Below are positions 16,757 to 20,000 of a stretch of DNA of 20,000 nucleotides, one piece after another (positions within the stretch are counted from its first letter, which is position 1; every line of letters begins with the position of its first letter). Location of the stretch: IMG/VR virus record IMGVR_UViG_3300027833_000032; one strand, 5' to 3'. Under the pieces are notes generated by a model that ran no database searches, had not been told where the DNA came from, and saw only the letters and a list, made by a program, of their open reading frames with translations. The translations under genes were made by a program, and so were the position numbers. The DNA comes from an uncultured virus (IMG/VR IMGVR_UViG_3300027833_000032) (Duplodnaviria; Heunggongvirae; Uroviricota; Caudoviricetes).

Positions 16757-17989
16757 ATGTTAGAACAATTATTAAACGACCACTGCTTAGACCCAAAAAA
16801 TCCTTATAAAATATATGATTTAGCTGCAGAATACGATCGCTTAGAACAAGGTGCAATGGGTGTTTCCTTATATCTTAAAGCTGCTGATCTTTCAGATGAT
16901 AAATTACTACAGTATAAATCAATGATCGGCCTTGCTAGATGCTACGATAGACAAGGTGGTAGATTCCACACAGTTGAAACCGCATTTATGGATGCTATTG
17001 CATTAATGCCTTATAGACCTGAAGCACATTTCTTTATCTGCCAATTTTATGAGCCTAATCATAAATGGAAACAAGTTAAGATGCATGCTCAACTTGGTTT
17101 ACACCCATACATTGGCCGAACCACTGCACTTGATATTCCTGGATACGACGGATATAAAGGACTATTATATTTTGATGCCTTAGCTACTTGGTATATTGCT
17201 GGTACACAAACAGGTAAGCATGCTTTCTTTGATCTACGTTATAGAACTTTAATGCCTGAAAAGTATAAAGAAAAAGTAGATAAAATGCTTAATCAGCTAT
17301 GGTATCCAGATACTCTACCTTATACGTTGGCTGATGAAGAAAGATTTAAGTTTCCATTTGATGGATTAGAGAATGTTAAGAAAAACTATTCTAAGCATTT
17401 CCAAGATCTATTTGTATTATCATTATTTAATGGTAAAGAGAATGGATCTTATCTTGAAATTGGTTCTGGTGATCCATTTGTTCATAACAATACTGCATTG
17501 CTTGAAACTGAATTTGGCTGGAAAGGTATTTCTATTGACAATTCAGAAGCTTTATGTTATAACTTTAAACAGAATAGAAATAATATAGTTATTTGTGCAG
17601 ACGCTACTGAAATCGGATATGAAGAATTATTCAATCTTCATTGTATAGATCCAATCGTTGATTATTTACAAATTGATTGTGATGAAGCAAGTATTGAAAT
17701 ACTTAATAAACTTCCGCTTGATCAATATAAATTTGGTGTTATAACCTTTGAGCATGACTCTTATAGATTAGGAACAGATATCCGCGATCAAGCTCGTAAA
17801 TTATTAAAGAAAGCAGGATATGTTTTAGTAGTCAATGACGTTGCATTTTCACCTCATCACCCATACGAAGATTGGTATGTACATCCTAGCGTTGTTGATA
17901 TTCCAAAAGAAATGATCACAGCACAAAATATTAACTTTATTTGGGATTATATGATGGACGAATTAAATGAGGATAATGAATCATTATGA
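16757..17989 (+). CDS. TPR-like N-terminus fused to an FkbM-family (Methyltransf_21-like) SAM-dependent methyltransferase
   Basis: The N-terminal half has helical TPR-like signatures (YLKAA, LARCY, AI.L.PYRPEAHF). The C-terminal half has YS...QDLFV, YLEIGSGDP...NNT.LLE...GWKGISID, DYLQIDCD, FGVITFEHD and EDWYV. RBS AAGGA at 16746-16750. Confidence 0.8.
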   Translation: MLEQLLNDHCLDPKNPYKIYDLAAEYDRLEQGAMGVSLYLKAADLSDDKLLQYKSMIGLARCYDRQGGRFHTVETAFMDAIALMPYRPEAHFFICQFYEPNHKWKQVKMHAQLGLHPYIGRTTALDIPGYDGYKGLLYFDALATWYIAGTQTGKHAFFDLRYRTLMPEKYKEKVDKMLNQLWYPDTLPYTLADEERFKFPFDGLENVKKNYSKHFQDLFVLSLFNGKENGSYLEIGSGDPFVHNNTALLETEFGWKGISIDNSEALCYNFKQNRNNIVICADATEIGYEELFNLHCIDPIVDYLQIDCDEASIEILNKLPLDQYKFGVITFEHDSYRLGTDIRDQARKLLKKAGYVLVVNDVAFSPHHPYEDWYVHPSVVDIPKEMITAQNINFIWDYMMDELNEDNESL

Positions 17990-18750
17990 TTACTGTAGTT
18001 GCAACTGGCGGGTTTGATCCAATTCATTCAGGTCATATTAAGTATTTAAAAGAAGCGTCGTTAAGCGGTACGAGATTAGTTGTTGGTGTTAATTCTGATG
18101 AATGGCTTGCTCGTAAAAAGGGTAGATCTTTTATGCCATGGGCAGAGCGTGCAGCAATTGTAAGAGAACTTGGTTGTGTTGATGACGTAATATCTTTTGA
18201 TGACTCAGACAATAGTGCAATACATGCTTTAGAAATTGTTAAACTTTATTATCCTAATGACAGGATTGTTTTTGTAAATGGTGGTGATAGGACATCAGAT
18301 AATATTCCGGAAATGTCAGTTGAAGGTGTTGAATTTGAATTTGGTATTGGTGGGAATAATAAGGCTAATAGCAGTAGTTGGATATTAAAGGAATGGGCTC
18401 AACCTACAGTCCAACGCAAGTGGGGTACATATACTATACTTGCTCAAAACGGACAATGGGCTGTTAAAGAATTAAGTTTTGACGTTGGCAAATCATTAAG
18501 CGATCAAAGACATTTTCATAGATCTGAACATTGGCATGTAGTATCAGGTTCAATTGAAATGCTCTTAGATAGAGCTGATGGTGCACCAGGAGAAAGATCG
18601 GGCAGTAAAACTATGCGTGCCGGACAAAGTATTGATATTCCAAAAGGTACTTGGCACAAAGCAACAAACGTAGGATCAGAAACCGCTAAAGTAATCGAAG
18701 TCTGGTTGGGCGATATACTGGAAGAATCTGATATAGAAAGAAGAGATTAG
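17986..18750 (+). CDS. Bifunctional cytidylyltransferase-like (HIGH) nucleotidyltransferase / type II mannose-6-phosphate-isomerase-like cupin
   Basis: GGFDPIHSGH, LVVGVNSD, ER..IV, NGGDR and K.NSSS match the RfaE-II/TagD-like family. They are followed by RKWG.Y, SLS.QRH.HRSEHW.VVSG, IPKG.WH and IEVW.G..L.E.DIER, as in the ManC C-terminal cupin. ATGA overlap with the upstream gene. Confidence 0.88.
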   Translation: MITVVATGGFDPIHSGHIKYLKEASLSGTRLVVGVNSDEWLARKKGRSFMPWAERAAIVRELGCVDDVISFDDSDNSAIHALEIVKLYYPNDRIVFVNGGDRTSDNIPEMSVEGVEFEFGIGGNNKANSSSWILKEWAQPTVQRKWGTYTILAQNGQWAVKELSFDVGKSLSDQRHFHRSEHWHVVSGSIEMLLDRADGAPGERSGSKTMRAGQSIDIPKGTWHKATNVGSETAKVIEVWLGDILEESDIERRD

Positions 18751-18758
18751 TATAAATA
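18751..18758 (+). promoter_or_regulatory. T4-type late promoter TATAAATA
   Basis: Exact consensus directly after the TAG at 18748-18750; RBS GGAGG at 18787-18791. Confidence 0.82.
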
Positions 18759-18797
18759 ATACTATACACTTAAACGCTAATAGTCTGGAGGACGAAG

Positions 18798-19721
18798 ATG
18801 GCAATTAAGATCGGCGGCACAACCGTCATTAACGATTATCGTGCGCTAACATCAATCAGTGATATGGACGGTACATATACATCATTTCACCCATACATTC
18901 AAGCTATTAGCGGAACAATAATAGACTTGTCATATACAATGTTATCCAAGACTCTTTCGGCGGCAACAACATTTACTTATACTAACGGCGCTACTGGTAG
19001 AACTTCAGTATTGCTATTAGATGTAACCGATACCCACTATGTACCTACATTTCCTGGCGATTGGTCGTTTCAGGCTACTCCTAATTGGGCGTCTAATAGA
19101 TATTGGATAATTACTACTGTATGTTTTGGTCCAAATGATATTTACGCATCTGCGGCTGGGTACGATTCCACACCTGCCGCACCAGCACTACCAAGTTCGT
19201 TTTTAATATCCCAGTGGGATCATGTTCAATTACATACCACCAGCGGCGGCGCCGCCGCTGAGGCATTTGCTAAAGTATCATTTTCAAACGACACTGCTAA
19301 CGATAGAATAGATGTTGCATATCTTGGCGGTACCGCAGCGGCGGTGGCAACAACTTATCATACATATATTGATACATCAGGTTGCACTAATATTACTTCA
19401 GTGCAAGCTCAGTATAATGTTAACTCACAATCAGGTCCTGGCAGTCCTTCCGGTTATGCTTTTGGCCCAACTCCAGCAGATGACGGATATGCTTCAGGCA
19501 CTTATTATAATGTTCCTAGTGGAGGTGGCGCGCTGCAATTTGGGTGGATGGCTAGAGTGGCAAGCGCCGGCATCGCAAATACAACATTCAGTTTAAATAC
19601 GGCTGATCCCGACTTTAGAATCAAAGTTGTATGTGATGAGGGAACTTTATATTCAACATGTGAATTTACACAAGGCAGCGGGTCATGCAGCGCACGATCA
19701 TACGCTGGCTCGATACCTTAA
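18798..19721 (+). CDS. Putative virion structural / tail-associated protein (307 aa)
   Basis: Late promoter and GGAGG RBS; MAIKIGGTTVI start; T/S/G/A-rich, beta-like composition; N-terminus paralogous to the next gene. Confidence 0.75.
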   Translation: MAIKIGGTTVINDYRALTSISDMDGTYTSFHPYIQAISGTIIDLSYTMLSKTLSAATTFTYTNGATGRTSVLLLDVTDTHYVPTFPGDWSFQATPNWASNRYWIITTVCFGPNDIYASAAGYDSTPAAPALPSSFLISQWDHVQLHTTSGGAAAEAFAKVSFSNDTANDRIDVAYLGGTAAAVATTYHTYIDTSGCTNITSVQAQYNVNSQSGPGSPSGYAFGPTPADDGYASGTYYNVPSGGGALQFGWMARVASAGIANTTFSLNTADPDFRIKVVCDEGTLYSTCEFTQGSGSCSARSYAGSIP

Positions 19722-19732
19722 GGATAATATAA

Positions 19733-20000
19733 ATGGCAATTAAAATAGCAGGAACTGAAGTTATCGACGATTCTCTTGCAGTGGTTAACATGAACAATAT
19801 TGAAGGCAAGTACAGTCAGTTCCACGGTTCAGCAACAATAATAACGACAGTCCTAGACATGTCTAAACCAATCATGAGGCGGACTTTATCTGCACCTACT
19901 ACATTTACTGCGTCTAATATCGCCACAGGAAAATGTGCTATACTTATGCTAGATGTATCCTCAAGTGGACATCTTCCAACTTGGCCTTCATCAATACAAT
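19733..20000 (+). CDS. Paralog of the preceding structural protein, 3'-truncated (not in the supplied ORF track)
   Basis: AAGGA at 19720-19724, ATG 19733, open to the window end: MAIKIAGTEVIDDSLAVVNMNNIEGKYSQFHGSATIITTVLDMSKPIMRRTLSAPTTFTASNIATGKCAILMLDVSSSGHLPTWPSSIQ. Confidence 0.88.
   Translation, partial: MAIKIAGTEVIDDSLAVVNMNNIEGKYSQFHGSATIITTVLDMSKPIMRRTLSAPTTFTASNIATGKCAILMLDVSSSGHLPTWPSSIQ

Noticed and set aside
2637..19596. Other short overlapping ORFs in the track (63-96 aa, both strands)
   Set aside because: All lie within or opposite longer, motif-supported genes, and none shows a recognisable protein motif.
19728..19735. TATAAATG late-promoter-like sequence
   Set aside because: It overlaps the start codon of the gene it would serve, so a transcript from it would lack the RBS and ATG.
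1..20000. Genome-wide stop-codon reassignment (TAG or TGA)
   Set aside because: Genes, including a 12-kb ORF, are intact and densely packed under the standard code, and TAA, TAG and TGA all end genes at sensible boundaries.

Overview
Late (virion morphogenesis) region of an AT-rich T4-like (myovirus-type) phage genome, with all supported genes on the + strand. In order: the 3' part of a repeat-rich fibre/structural gene (<1-2289); a giant ~4013-aa modular tail fibre ending in a peptidase-S74 intramolecular chaperone (2356-14397); one small hypothetical gene; a tandem pair of paralogous small fibre-associated genes; a three-gene sugar-modification cassette (GH130/GT91-like beta-propeller, TPR+FkbM-type methyltransferase, HIGH-type nucleotidyltransferase fused to a type II mannose-6-phosphate-isomerase-like cupin); and two paralogous MAIKI-starting structural genes, the second truncated and missing from the ORF track. 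T4-type late promoter motifs (TATAAATA/ATAAATA) occur in all four larger intergenic gaps. Two perfect sigma70 promoters (TTGACA-17-TATAAT) are also present: one hidden in the last codons of the giant fibre gene, and one, containing an 8-bp inverted repeat, in front of the sugar cassette. The best candidate for a new system is this separately promoted glycan synthesis/modification cassette embedded among fibre genes. All family calls come from motif recognition by eye, not from database searches.
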